In this document: positions 9,118 to 17,517 of the stretch, piece by piece
Position numbering within the stretch: the stretch's first letter is position 1
Layout: every line of letters begins with the position of its first letter
NCBI RefSeq assembly: GCF_001945605.1
Contig: NZ_MPKA01000044.1
Coordinates: forward strand, 90,001-122,000
From: Dubosiella newyorkensis
GTDB lineage: Bacteria > Bacillota_I > Bacilli_A > Erysipelotrichales > Erysipelotrichaceae
Direction: 5' to 3'
Length of the DNA: 32,000 nucleotides
The notes under the pieces: generated by a model
What the model was told of the DNA's origin: nothing
Seen by the model: only the letters and a program-made list of their open reading frames with translations
The model's database searches: none
Translations under genes and position numbers: made by a program

Positions 9118-9900
9118 ATGATTGAAATCGGAAAGTACCACATTGATCTTTGGACGCTTCTTGACCACCTTTGGCTACCTGTCATCGAAGTAGGAATCGG
9201 AATCTATTTAGGACCAAAGCTCAAAAAAGTGATCATGAAAACAGCAGATAAGTCGTTAGATCGAGGGGCGACGACTTTCTTGGCTTCTTGCGTGAACATT
9301 TTAGTCATTGCGCTTGCCGGTATTTTGGCGCTCGAAGAGTTGGGCGTCAATCTCAAAAGCATCGTTTCCTTAGTTTCCGCTCTAGGTCTTGGGATCGCCT
9401 TGGCTCTCAAAAGCAATATGGCCAATGTGGCCGGAGGCTTGCAGATCTTGATGACAAAACCTTTTACGGTCGGTGAATTTATTTCCACGCCCGATCATAA
9501 AGGGACGGTCACAAGCATTGAATTGATGTTTACGACGATCCGCACCAACAACAACAAGCTTGTGGTGATCCCAAATTCCAACTTGGTGACCGAATCGATC
9601 GTGAACCATTCTAAAAACAAGATCGAGCGGATCAAGCTTGTTTTTCCGGTGAACATCCCTTTTGAAATGGATTCGATCAAAAAAGAAGTCGACGCGATCG
9701 TTTCGAGAAATCCTAAAGTCGTTCAAGAAGCTGGATGGGAGCTAACGGTAAAAAATATCCAGCAAGGCTATGCGAACTGCTTGTTGCTTGTCAGCTGCAA
9801 TACAGTCGATTATGAAACACTCATGTATGAATTGAACAAAGAGCTTGTAGAAAAACTTAGCGTGTATCAAGATACAAAAAAGGACAGCTCATCGAGTTAG
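9118..9900 (+). CDS. Small-conductance mechanosensitive channel (MscS family)
   Basis: Three N-terminal TM helices, then the MscS beta-domain signature (MTKPFTVGEFIS...GTVTSIELMFTTIRTNNNKLVVIPNSNL...IVNHS). Starts at 9052 or 9100 would overlap the upstream terminator or the -10 box. Confidence 0.88.
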   Translation: MIEIGKYHIDLWTLLDHLWLPVIEVGIGIYLGPKLKKVIMKTADKSLDRGATTFLASCVNILVIALAGILALEELGVNLKSIVSLVSALGLGIALALKSNMANVAGGLQILMTKPFTVGEFISTPDHKGTVTSIELMFTTIRTNNNKLVVIPNSNLVTESIVNHSKNKIERIKLVFPVNIPFEMDSIKKEVDAIVSRNPKVVQEAGWELTVKNIQQGYANCLLLVSCNTVDYETLMYELNKELVEKLSVYQDTKKDSSSS

Positions 9901-10686
9901 CAGTCCATAATATTCAAAGGCTTTATATAAACCATCTTTATTTATATCGTCGGTTATGTGATCGGCGATTTTTTTTACGGTTTCATTTCCATTTCCCATC
10001 GCCACAGAAATATCCGCCTCTAAAAGCATGCTCACATCGTTTTCTGAATCGCCAAACGCCATCGTTTCATAGTCTTTATAGTGGCTTTTTAAAAAATCGA
10101 TCGCCGTCCCTTTCGTGTATTCTTTCATCGTGATCTCGCCGATAAAATAGTCTTTTACCGCTTCAATCGTAAAGGGAGTGAATACAAGGCCCAAGGATGA
10201 AAGGTTTGAGAAATCGATCGGATCTTTTGAGTGGACCGAAACTTTCATGATCTGCCCAAAATCTTCTTTTTTCATTTTTGAAAAGTCTGGAAAAACACCG
10301 ACACCTACTCGATTGGCTTCTTGGGCTTTGGCGAAAAATTTCTGATTCGCCTTATTCATGAACGTCCTCTCTTTTCCTTCCAGGGAATAACCGACATCGA
10401 GTGGATCTAAAAAGTCTTGGATCGCTTGGATCTGTTCCATGGATAACGGCTTGCATAAACATTCTTTTTGATCGGCTATGATATGCGAGCCAGCCGAAAA
10501 TACATATCCATCCAATGGGATGGAATATAGTTCTTTGGCGGCTTCGCTTTGTGTTCTCCCGGTATTGGCGAACACTTTGTGGCCGTTGTTTCGGGCTAGC
10601 GCGATCGCTTTCTTTGCGCTTTCTGGAATACCATCCAGAGTCCATAACGTTCCATCTAAATCTAAAAAAACGAGCTTCTTTTTCAT
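9889..10686 (-). CDS. Cof-type HAD-IIB family hydrolase (sugar-phosphate phosphatase-like)
   Basis: HAD motif I FLDLDGTL, motif II NTGR and motif IV GDSENDVSML. RBS AAGGAGGG upstream. The 3' end overlaps the convergent MscS gene by 12 nt. Confidence 0.9.
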   Translation of the reverse strand: MKKKLVFLDLDGTLWTLDGIPESAKKAIALARNNGHKVFANTGRTQSEAAKELYSIPLDGYVFSAGSHIIADQKECLCKPLSMEQIQAIQDFLDPLDVGYSLEGKERTFMNKANQKFFAKAQEANRVGVGVFPDFSKMKKEDFGQIMKVSVHSKDPIDFSNLSSLGLVFTPFTIEAVKDYFIGEITMKEYTKGTAIDFLKSHYKDYETMAFGDSENDVSMLLEADISVAMGNGNETVKKIADHITDDINKDGLYKAFEYYGLLTR

Positions 10687-10763
10687 CTTACCCTCCTTTT
10701 TTATCTCTATTATATCGAATGTATCTAACTTTTAGCACAAGCCTTTTTTACGAAAATCTAATA

Positions 10764-10772
10764 TGCTAGTAT
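10764..10772 (+). promoter_or_regulatory. Extended -10 promoter element TGCTAGTAT
   Basis: TG-n-TAGTAT lies 25 nt upstream of the ATG at 10798. The same 11-mer, TGCTAGTATAA, occurs upstream of rho. Confidence 0.4.
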
Positions 10773-10797
10773 AAGAAGTATTAAAGGATAAGAGAAT

Positions 10798-11427
10798 ATG
10801 GATATGAAAATCATTGTTACGATATCCCGCGAATACGGCTCCAATGGAAAAGAAATTGGCCGTCTTCTAGCCCAAAAGCTAGGAATCTCCTATTATGATA
10901 AATCCATCTTAGAGAACTTAGCTAAAAATATGGGCGTCAATTCCGATTTTTTCAAAGATGAAAATTTAAATCGGGAAGGGATGTTTTCTTTAGCAGGCTC
11001 TTTTCGAACAAATGTAAAGATGCTTACAGAACTCTCGCTCAGCACCCAAGCTTACGATCAAGGACGTGCGATCTTGCAAGATCTTGTTAAGAAAGATAAT
11101 GCCGTTATCGTAGGAAGATGCTCGAACTTTATCTTAAAAGATCATCCAGGACAAATCTCCGTATATTGCTATGGAGAGCTGGAAGATCGGCTCAAGCGCG
11201 TGATCGAGGAATATAACGTCCCTGCCTCGAAGGCGAGGAAGGTCGTCCTCGATACGGATGCCAAACGCGCCAAACATTATGAGTATTACACACATCAAAA
11301 ATGGGGACAACTCGATGATTTTGACGTGACGATCAACACCTCGAAACAAAGCATGGAGGAAACGATCGATCTGCTTGTTGAACTCTATCATCAAAAGGAG
11401 AAAAAGCTCCAAGAACGAGCAAAATAG
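10798..11427 (+). CDS. Cytidylate-kinase-like family protein (P-loop NTPase-like, function unknown)
   Basis: N-terminal ISREYGSNGKEIGRLLAQKLGISYYDK is typical of the cytidylate-kinase-2-like family. The size also fits (209 aa). Confidence 0.75.
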   Translation: MDMKIIVTISREYGSNGKEIGRLLAQKLGISYYDKSILENLAKNMGVNSDFFKDENLNREGMFSLAGSFRTNVKMLTELSLSTQAYDQGRAILQDLVKKDNAVIVGRCSNFILKDHPGQISVYCYGELEDRLKRVIEEYNVPASKARKVVLDTDAKRAKHYEYYTHQKWGQLDDFDVTINTSKQSMEETIDLLVELYHQKEKKLQERAK

Positions 11428-11455
11428 GACCAGCCAAATAAACGCTGGTCCTTTA
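11427..11455. terminator. Hairpin between the convergent cmk-like and rho genes
   Basis: Perfect 8-bp stem, GGACCAGC (11427-11434) with GCTGGTCC (11444-11451), and a 9-nt loop. The U-tracts are short on both strands. Confidence 0.55.
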
Positions 11456-11460
11456 TCGAT

Positions 11461-12870
11461 TCATGCTTTCTTTTTTGAATCCATCAAAGCGGTGCACAAT
11501 ACATTGTTGGATTGGGTCGTGCTGAGCGCCTTCAAGATCGTTTGCGTCTCTTCGATCGGATTCGAAGAGAGCCATTCCCGACGAATGAGTTCCTGCGTGT
11601 CGAGCACTTTTTTATTTAACAATAAATCATCATGTCGGGTGGATGATTTTTGAATATTGATCGCTGGAAAGATGCGGCGTTCAGAAAGCGACTTATCCAA
11701 ATATAATTCCATATTGCCGGTTCCTTTGAATTCTTCAAAGATCATATCGTCCATTCGGCTGCCTGTATCGATCAAAGCGCTCGCGATCACAGTCAAAGAT
11801 CCGCCTTCTCTAAGGTTGCGGGCCGCCCCAAACAAACGTTTAGGCCCGTATAAAGCATTCGGATCAAGGCCCCCGGATAATACTTTGCCAGTCGAGGGAA
11901 CGATCAAATTATACGCTCTAGAAAGACGAGTGATCGAATCCAAAAGAATGACGACGTTCTCGCCAAACTCGACAAGCGATTTCGCGCGACTTAACGCCAT
12001 TTCAGCAACACGCTTATGATGAGATGGCTGCTCATCGAAGGTGGAATACACGACCTCGACATGATCTTTGTTTTCTCCTGCCGCTTCGATGACCATTTCT
12101 TTAAAAGCGGTCACTTCTTCTGGACGCTCATCGATCAAAAGAACGATCAAATAAATGTCTTTATGATTTTTTAAAATCGATTGCGCAAAGGTCTCAAGCA
12201 AAGTCGTTTTTCCGACTTTAGGAGGCGCGACGATCATACCACGCTGCCCATAGCCGATCGGAGAAAATAGATCGATGATCCTGCCTGCGTAGTTTGTTTT
12301 GGTCGTTTCCATCTTGATCTTCTTATCAGGAAAGATCGGAGTCAGCTGGTCGAAGCGTTTGCGGCCAAGACTTTCTTTGACCGTATGATTGTTGATCGTA
12401 TGGACCGTCTCTAGCGCTCTTGAATTGTTGGAATGCTTAGGCGAAGCGACACCTTCGATATAATCGCCCGTTTTAAGCTTGAGCGCTTTGATTTTCGACT
12501 CTGAAACATAGACATCATCTTCTCCAGATAAGTAGTTTTCTTGCCGTAGAAAACCAAACCCTTTTTCCATGACCTCTAATACGCCTCGAGCTTGTTTACG
12601 TTCGCGGTCTCTTTTTTCCATCAATTCTTTTTGGACTTTGGAAATATCGATCTCTTCGACATGGATTCGATTGACCGATTCGATCTTTTTTAAAATATAT
12701 TGGGAGCGGCCTTCTTTATCGGTTTCCGCCTCACCGATGATAAAATCATTGTTTTTAAGTTGATAGGCCGCGATAAACGCGCTATCGACAAATACATCTC
12801 CATCACTTTCTGTTCGGATGAATCCAAAACCTTGATGAAAAGTTTCTAATATCCCTTCGATTGGTTTCAA
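11461..12870 (-). CDS. rho: Transcription termination factor Rho with an atypical N-terminus (extra cold-shock-like domain)
   Basis: Rho RNA-binding OB (GVLEVMEKGFGFLRQENYLSGEDDVYVS), Walker A APPKVGKTTLL, LLIDERPEEV, and DSITRLSRAYN plus other downstream Rho loop motifs. TTG start with RBS AAGGAGGA 7 nt upstream. Confidence 0.95.
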   Translation of the reverse strand: MKPIEGILETFHQGFGFIRTESDGDVFVDSAFIAAYQLKNNDFIIGEAETDKEGRSQYILKKIESVNRIHVEEIDISKVQKELMEKRDRERKQARGVLEVMEKGFGFLRQENYLSGEDDVYVSESKIKALKLKTGDYIEGVASPKHSNNSRALETVHTINNHTVKESLGRKRFDQLTPIFPDKKIKMETTKTNYAGRIIDLFSPIGYGQRGMIVAPPKVGKTTLLETFAQSILKNHKDIYLIVLLIDERPEEVTAFKEMVIEAAGENKDHVEVVYSTFDEQPSHHKRVAEMALSRAKSLVEFGENVVILLDSITRLSRAYNLIVPSTGKVLSGGLDPNALYGPKRLFGAARNLREGGSLTVIASALIDTGSRMDDMIFEEFKGTGNMELYLDKSLSERRIFPAINIQKSSTRHDDLLLNKKVLDTQELIRREWLSSNPIEETQTILKALSTTQSNNVLCTALMDSKKKA

Positions 12871-12896
12871 GGAAAGTCCTCCTTTTTTATGCTTTT

Positions 12897-12905
12897 ATAC
12901 TAGCA
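12897..12905 (-). promoter_or_regulatory. Extended -10 element TGCTAGTAT upstream of rho
   Basis: The minus strand reads GTGCTAGTATAAAAGC, about 27 nt upstream of the TTG start. It lies downstream of the permease terminator. Confidence 0.4.
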
Positions 12906-12923
12906 CAAGTGAGGACAACGAAC

Positions 12924-12957
12924 AAAAAAAGAGCCAGTGAAATATTCACTAGCTCTT
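12924..12957 (-). terminator. Intrinsic terminator after the purine permease gene
   Basis: On the minus strand, a 12-bp stem with one mismatch (AGAGCTAGTGAA / TTCACTGGCTCT) is followed by T7. Confidence 0.8.
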
Positions 12958-12961
12958 TTGC

Positions 12962-14296
12962 TTACATCATATATGGAGTCGCGAAGTAGATCACAAAGAT
13001 CACAAGCAAGATCCAAACCGTCATATGGATTTCTTTTGTTTTCTTGGCCGCGATCATCGAAATCGCATAAGCGATAAATCCAAACGCGATCCCGTTGGAG
13101 ATCGAATACGTCAAGATCATAGAAATCACAGTCACGAATGTAGAAATCGCGAAAATGATATTGTTCCATTCAATACCGCGAAGCTGTTGCGCCATCAAGA
13201 CACCAACAATGATCAAAGCAGGCGCTGTCACAGAGTTTGTGATGGCGCTCAAGATCACTGGCGCGATGAAGATCGACAAAGCGAAGAGGACACCTGTCGT
13301 TACAGCCGTCAAACCAGTACGTCCGCCAACTTCAACACCAGAAGTCGATTCAACGAAGCTCGTAACTGTCGAAGTACCAACAGCCGCACCAAATACGGTC
13401 GCGATCGAATCGGCAAGAAGCGCTTGTTCAGCACCTTCCAATTCACCTTGCTTGTTGACAAGACCAATCTCGTTACCGATCGCAACGAGCGTACCAGCTG
13501 TATCGAAGAAATCGACGAACAAGAACGAGAAGATGATCACGATCGCGTTCATCGGATTCGCGAACAATTCCGAGAATCCATTCATGAAAGCGCCAGCCGC
13601 ATCCATTTCGAATGTAAGCGACATTGAAGTAGGAAGTGCAGGCATGCCATCGATGCCTAACGCGCCACAGATGATCCCGATGATCGCCGTAACGACCATT
13701 CCAACGAACACGGCCGCTGGAACTTTTTTAACGACCAAGAAAATCGTGATCAAGATCCCGACGATCGCTAAAAGAACCGTTGGATCTGTGAAGTTTCCTA
13801 AACCAACTAAAGTTGCTGGGTTAGCGACGATGATCCCCGCATTTTTGAAACCTACAAAAGCGATAAAGAAACCGATACCAGCGCCGATGGCGAGTTTGAG
13901 CTGAACTGGGATCGCGTCGATGATCATTTTACGAACACCAGTTACCGAAATGATCACGAAGATGATCCCGCTCAAGAAGACAGCAGTCAGAGCCGCCGCC
14001 CAGCTATATCCCATTTGACCACAAATCGTATATGCGAACAAAGCGTTTACACCCATACCTGAAGCTAGACCTACAGGATAGTTGGCAAGAAGACCCATCA
14101 AGATCGAACCAACAGCTGCTGACAAGGCCGTAGCCATAAATACGGAAGGAACACTCATTCCCGCATCACTCAATACAGAAGGATTGACACCTAAAATATA
14201 AGCCATTGCTAAAAAAGTCGTTAAACCAGCAAGAAGCTCTGTTTTGACATTCGTGCCCTTTTCCTCGAGTTTGAAGAATTTGTTTAAGCTATTCAT
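12962..14296 (-). CDS. NCS2/AzgA-family purine (adenine/guanine/hypoxanthine) permease
   Basis: 444-aa polytopic membrane protein whose N-terminus (FKLEEKGTNVKTELLAGLTTFLAMAYILGVNP) is typical of PbuG/PbuO/AzgA-type permeases. RBS AAAGGAGA. Confidence 0.9.
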   Translation of the reverse strand: MNSLNKFFKLEEKGTNVKTELLAGLTTFLAMAYILGVNPSVLSDAGMSVPSVFMATALSAAVGSILMGLLANYPVGLASGMGVNALFAYTICGQMGYSWAAALTAVFLSGIIFVIISVTGVRKMIIDAIPVQLKLAIGAGIGFFIAFVGFKNAGIIVANPATLVGLGNFTDPTVLLAIVGILITIFLVVKKVPAAVFVGMVVTAIIGIICGALGIDGMPALPTSMSLTFEMDAAGAFMNGFSELFANPMNAIVIIFSFLFVDFFDTAGTLVAIGNEIGLVNKQGELEGAEQALLADSIATVFGAAVGTSTVTSFVESTSGVEVGGRTGLTAVTTGVLFALSIFIAPVILSAITNSVTAPALIIVGVLMAQQLRGIEWNNIIFAISTFVTVISMILTYSISNGIAFGFIAYAISMIAAKKTKEIHMTVWILLVIFVIYFATPYMM

Positions 14297-14376
14297 TATT
14301 ATCTCCTTTTCATGACGCGCTAATTGTAATACATGAAAAAAGATATTTCAAACAAATTCCCATATTTTTGACACAT

Positions 14377-17300
14377 TTAGCAAGCAATTTGAATGAGCTT
14401 TTTCAAGTAGAACGAATAAATATACGTGACGATCGTTCGGTTTGGCTCGATGAGCTCCATCGCCTCTTTATAGATCATCAATTGTTTTTGATACATCGAA
14501 ACGAGCTCTTTTTCATCGTTCACATAATCGCTCTTGAAATCGAGAATGATCGTCCGTTTATCCTCAAAAACGACAAGATCCATAAAACCATGAATGAGTT
14601 CGTTGCCCTTTTTCACCGTATAAGGACACTCGAAAATATGCTTTCTCTCCATCCAACCAACATATTCAGGATTCGCATTCAGCGCTAAGATCTGCTGAAT
14701 ATCTTCTTGATTCGTCAGCTTCGTTTCTAAAACATCTTTTTGATAAGGGAAAGGAAGAGTGGCCACCAGCTCATGAAGCATGGTCCCGCGCTTGAGACGA
14801 TCATTGATACGCATACGGACAGGCGACCACTGTGGCTGTTTTTTAGATCCAGAAGCCGTCATCGATTCGACTGAACGCACCTTTTGATCAAAAATCTGGA
14901 ACGGAATATTTTTCATGAATTTGCGTTGCACGATTTTTCGCTCATACAGCTCTTCGACCTCTTCAAGCTCGAAAAGAGAAGATGGCTCCGTCAAAAACGT
15001 GTGCAGGAGCCATCCCGTATAGTTTTGGTTTTGAAGCAACGCCCGCGTATTTAATGGATACCGATAGTCGTCCAAACTCTTGATCGCATCAACGATGACA
15101 AGCTCCTCCTCCGCTCGAGTCGTCGCTACATATAAGATTCGCATCTCTTCCTCGATCTCTTTATGAAATTTTTTAGTCTTGAAAGCGATCGAAGAAAGAC
15201 TTGGCCGATAGACATTGCCCTTATCATTCAGGCTGCGCAACGACACACCAAGATGATCATCCAGCAAGATCGGACTCGAAGCCTCCATATCGCGCCGCTC
15301 ATGATCCGACAATAAATAAACGATCGGAAATTGCAGCCCTTTTGAATGGTGCATCGTCTTGATCTTGACGACATCTTCTTCTTTGCCATACGGAAACGCT
15401 TCCGCGGTCTTATCGAGATCGGCCTCCTGTAGGATCAGCTCGATAAATCCATTTAAATCATAAGGGTTTGCATATTGGCTCGCCCTCTCCAACAAAAGAT
15501 CGAGATTCGTTTTATCTTGACCATTCGTGAATAAATAATAATAATTGTGAAAATTATAAAGCTTTCGCACGATCGTGGCGACAGGCTCTTTTTTCCACTG
15601 AAAGATCGCATTGAGCTCTTTCATGAACGATTCATTCCGCACTTTCGAAAATAAAGAGACAGGAGCGTCGTTTTCGATCATGATCTTAGAAAGCGTCGCT
15701 TGATCGACTTGACCGATCGGCGAGCATAAAGCGGCCATGAGCGGAATATCTTGATTTGGATCTTGAATGATCTGCAGACACGAAAGAATGATCTGGACCG
15801 CCTGATTTGTATAAAAGCCATGATCGATCTCTGCAAGAACAGGGATCCCATAGGCTTCCAAGCCATCCTTGAGCGCTTGGTGAGTGCCATGCGTACGCGT
15901 TAAGATACACATCGACCGATATGGGACTCCCGCTTGATGATGTTTTAAAATATCGTTGGCGATCAAATCGACCCGATGGGCCCGATGCAATTTTTTCGCT
16001 TCTCTTTTCTGGTTTTCATGTTCGATCGCCCATGGCTCATATTGGCTGAAAAGAAAGCGGACAGGATATTGAGGAGAACTTTCTTGTTTTGAAGTTCCCG
16101 GCATCGCCCGATCCGAAGGCAGAAAGCGCGAATCTAAAAACGACAAATTCATGATCTTCTCATAAAATGTGTTGTTGAAGTCGATGAGCGTCTTGGTGGA
16201 ACGATAGTTTTCCGACATGACGAGCGTCTCGTTGTTTTCGTCTTCCTTTTCCATATGATGGATCATGATCGAAGGATCCGCTTGGCGGAATCCATAGATT
16301 GATTGCTTGATGTCCCCGACCCGGAACACATTGTTTTTGGAAGCGATCTGCTGGATGATGCTTTCCTGCAATTCATTAGTGTCCTGGAATTCGTCGATCA
16401 AGATCGTCTTGAATTGATTTTTCACTTGTTCTTGGATCGTCGGAATACAAAGCAGCCGATAGGCAAAATGCTCCATATCCGAAAAATCGAGGATCTGCAG
16501 ACGCTCTTTTTCTTCTTGGAAATAGTCCATCAATAAGATCGAAAGATCGCACCATGTCTCTAAGATCGGCTGCGTCCTTTCTTGATCGGCCTGAAATTGG
16601 CGTAGATCAAATAAGTTTTCTGTGATCGCGCTTTCCATGCTTTGGAACTCTTTTTTGATATTCGCAAAACTTTTTTTATTGACCGTGCTTGGAAAACGCT
16701 TTGTCGTATCAATATAGGCGATAAAATCACGAGCGAAACGATCATACTCCTCTTGCGCAAGATCATCTTGGCAGCGTTTTAAATACAACGCCTTTTGTTC
16801 GAAAAGCTCTTTGTTCGATTCATACGTCTTGATTTTCGAAAACTCCATTTCATCAAGTTCATCGAGCATCTCTTGAACGATCGAGATCATCGTCTCGACT
16901 CGCTCCTGGAAAAAAGTCAAAAACCACTTTTTGACATCTGCATGCTCTTGCTTGCACGACTCGATCCAGCCTTTTGGATCCGCTTTGGCGTTGGCCATCT
17001 CTAAAAAACGGTTGATCGCTTTAAACAAGGTTTCCGAAGACACATTAAACGCGGCAAAGTAACGATTCATCGCCGCGATGCGTTCGCCCTCCAAAGAAAT
17101 GAGCGCTCTCTCATAAGCCAGCTCGAAAGCTTGCGAGCGAAGCGATCCGTTGTCTACATGCAAAGCCATCGCGTAAGGAATCGGAATCTGGTAATAGTAT
17201 CGCTGCACGATCTTATAGCAAAAGCTGTCGATCGTGGAAATATCGGCTGTCTCCAACAAAGCGAGCTGATCGAGAATATAGGGCGTAGGCTCTAAGCTTG

Positions 17301-17517
17301 AAAGACGATGCTTCAGACGAGCTTTCATTTCGTTGGCCGCATCGTCCGTGAATGTCATCGCCAAGATCTCGTTGATCGGGATCTGATCATCGATCACGAG
17401 TCGGCATAGCCTCTCGACCAAAACGGAAGTTTTTCCCGAACCAGCACTAGCGGAAACGACGACATTCTTGTTTCTGGAATCAATCGTTTTTTGTTGTTGG
17501 GAAGAATAATGGATCAT
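14377..17517 (-). CDS. addA: ATP-dependent helicase/nuclease AddA (UvrD-like helicase plus C-terminal RecB-family nuclease), compact 1046-aa form
   Basis: Walker A ASAGSGKT, UvrD motifs (LAMTFTDDAANEM, LIDEFQDTN, TMHHSKGLQFP, YVATTRAEE), and a C-terminal nuclease motif GFMDLVV...ILDFKSDY. Confidence 0.93.
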   Translation of the reverse strand: MIHYSSQQQKTIDSRNKNVVVSASAGSGKTSVLVERLCRLVIDDQIPINEILAMTFTDDAANEMKARLKHRLSSLEPTPYILDQLALLETADISTIDSFCYKIVQRYYYQIPIPYAMALHVDNGSLRSQAFELAYERALISLEGERIAAMNRYFAAFNVSSETLFKAINRFLEMANAKADPKGWIESCKQEHADVKKWFLTFFQERVETMISIVQEMLDELDEMEFSKIKTYESNKELFEQKALYLKRCQDDLAQEEYDRFARDFIAYIDTTKRFPSTVNKKSFANIKKEFQSMESAITENLFDLRQFQADQERTQPILETWCDLSILLMDYFQEEKERLQILDFSDMEHFAYRLLCIPTIQEQVKNQFKTILIDEFQDTNELQESIIQQIASKNNVFRVGDIKQSIYGFRQADPSIMIHHMEKEDENNETLVMSENYRSTKTLIDFNNTFYEKIMNLSFLDSRFLPSDRAMPGTSKQESSPQYPVRFLFSQYEPWAIEHENQKREAKKLHRAHRVDLIANDILKHHQAGVPYRSMCILTRTHGTHQALKDGLEAYGIPVLAEIDHGFYTNQAVQIILSCLQIIQDPNQDIPLMAALCSPIGQVDQATLSKIMIENDAPVSLFSKVRNESFMKELNAIFQWKKEPVATIVRKLYNFHNYYYLFTNGQDKTNLDLLLERASQYANPYDLNGFIELILQEADLDKTAEAFPYGKEEDVVKIKTMHHSKGLQFPIVYLLSDHERRDMEASSPILLDDHLGVSLRSLNDKGNVYRPSLSSIAFKTKKFHKEIEEEMRILYVATTRAEEELVIVDAIKSLDDYRYPLNTRALLQNQNYTGWLLHTFLTEPSSLFELEEVEELYERKIVQRKFMKNIPFQIFDQKVRSVESMTASGSKKQPQWSPVRMRINDRLKRGTMLHELVATLPFPYQKDVLETKLTNQEDIQQILALNANPEYVGWMERKHIFECPYTVKKGNELIHGFMDLVVFEDKRTIILDFKSDYVNDEKELVSMYQKQLMIYKEAMELIEPNRTIVTYIYSFYLKKLIQIAC

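Noticed and set aside
9889-9900. 12-nt convergent overlap of the MscS and HAD-hydrolase 3' ends with no terminator between them.
   Set aside because: The overlap is real in the sequence, but short convergent overlaps are common in compact genomes. I see no associated structure or regulatory signal.
13025-13904. Long plus-strand ORFs (200 and 269 aa) opposite the purine permease gene. Similar antisense ORFs occur at 243-695, 21080-21706, 22479-23248 and 27380-27841.
   Set aside because: Each lies entirely antisense to a gene with a clear family assignment. Their translations are low-complexity (Arg/Ser/Asp-rich or Thr/Ala/Pro-rich) with no recognisable motifs or RBS. They are most simply explained by palindromic codon preferences (GATC/TCGA-rich coding) that deplete stop codons on the opposite strand.
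14297-14376. Looked for a guanine/adenine riboswitch upstream of the purine permease.
   Set aside because: The spacer is only 80 bp, and the conserved aptamer core as I recall it (the CUACCGGG and CCGUAAAU-type junction sequences) is absent. No terminator or antiterminator pair is visible.
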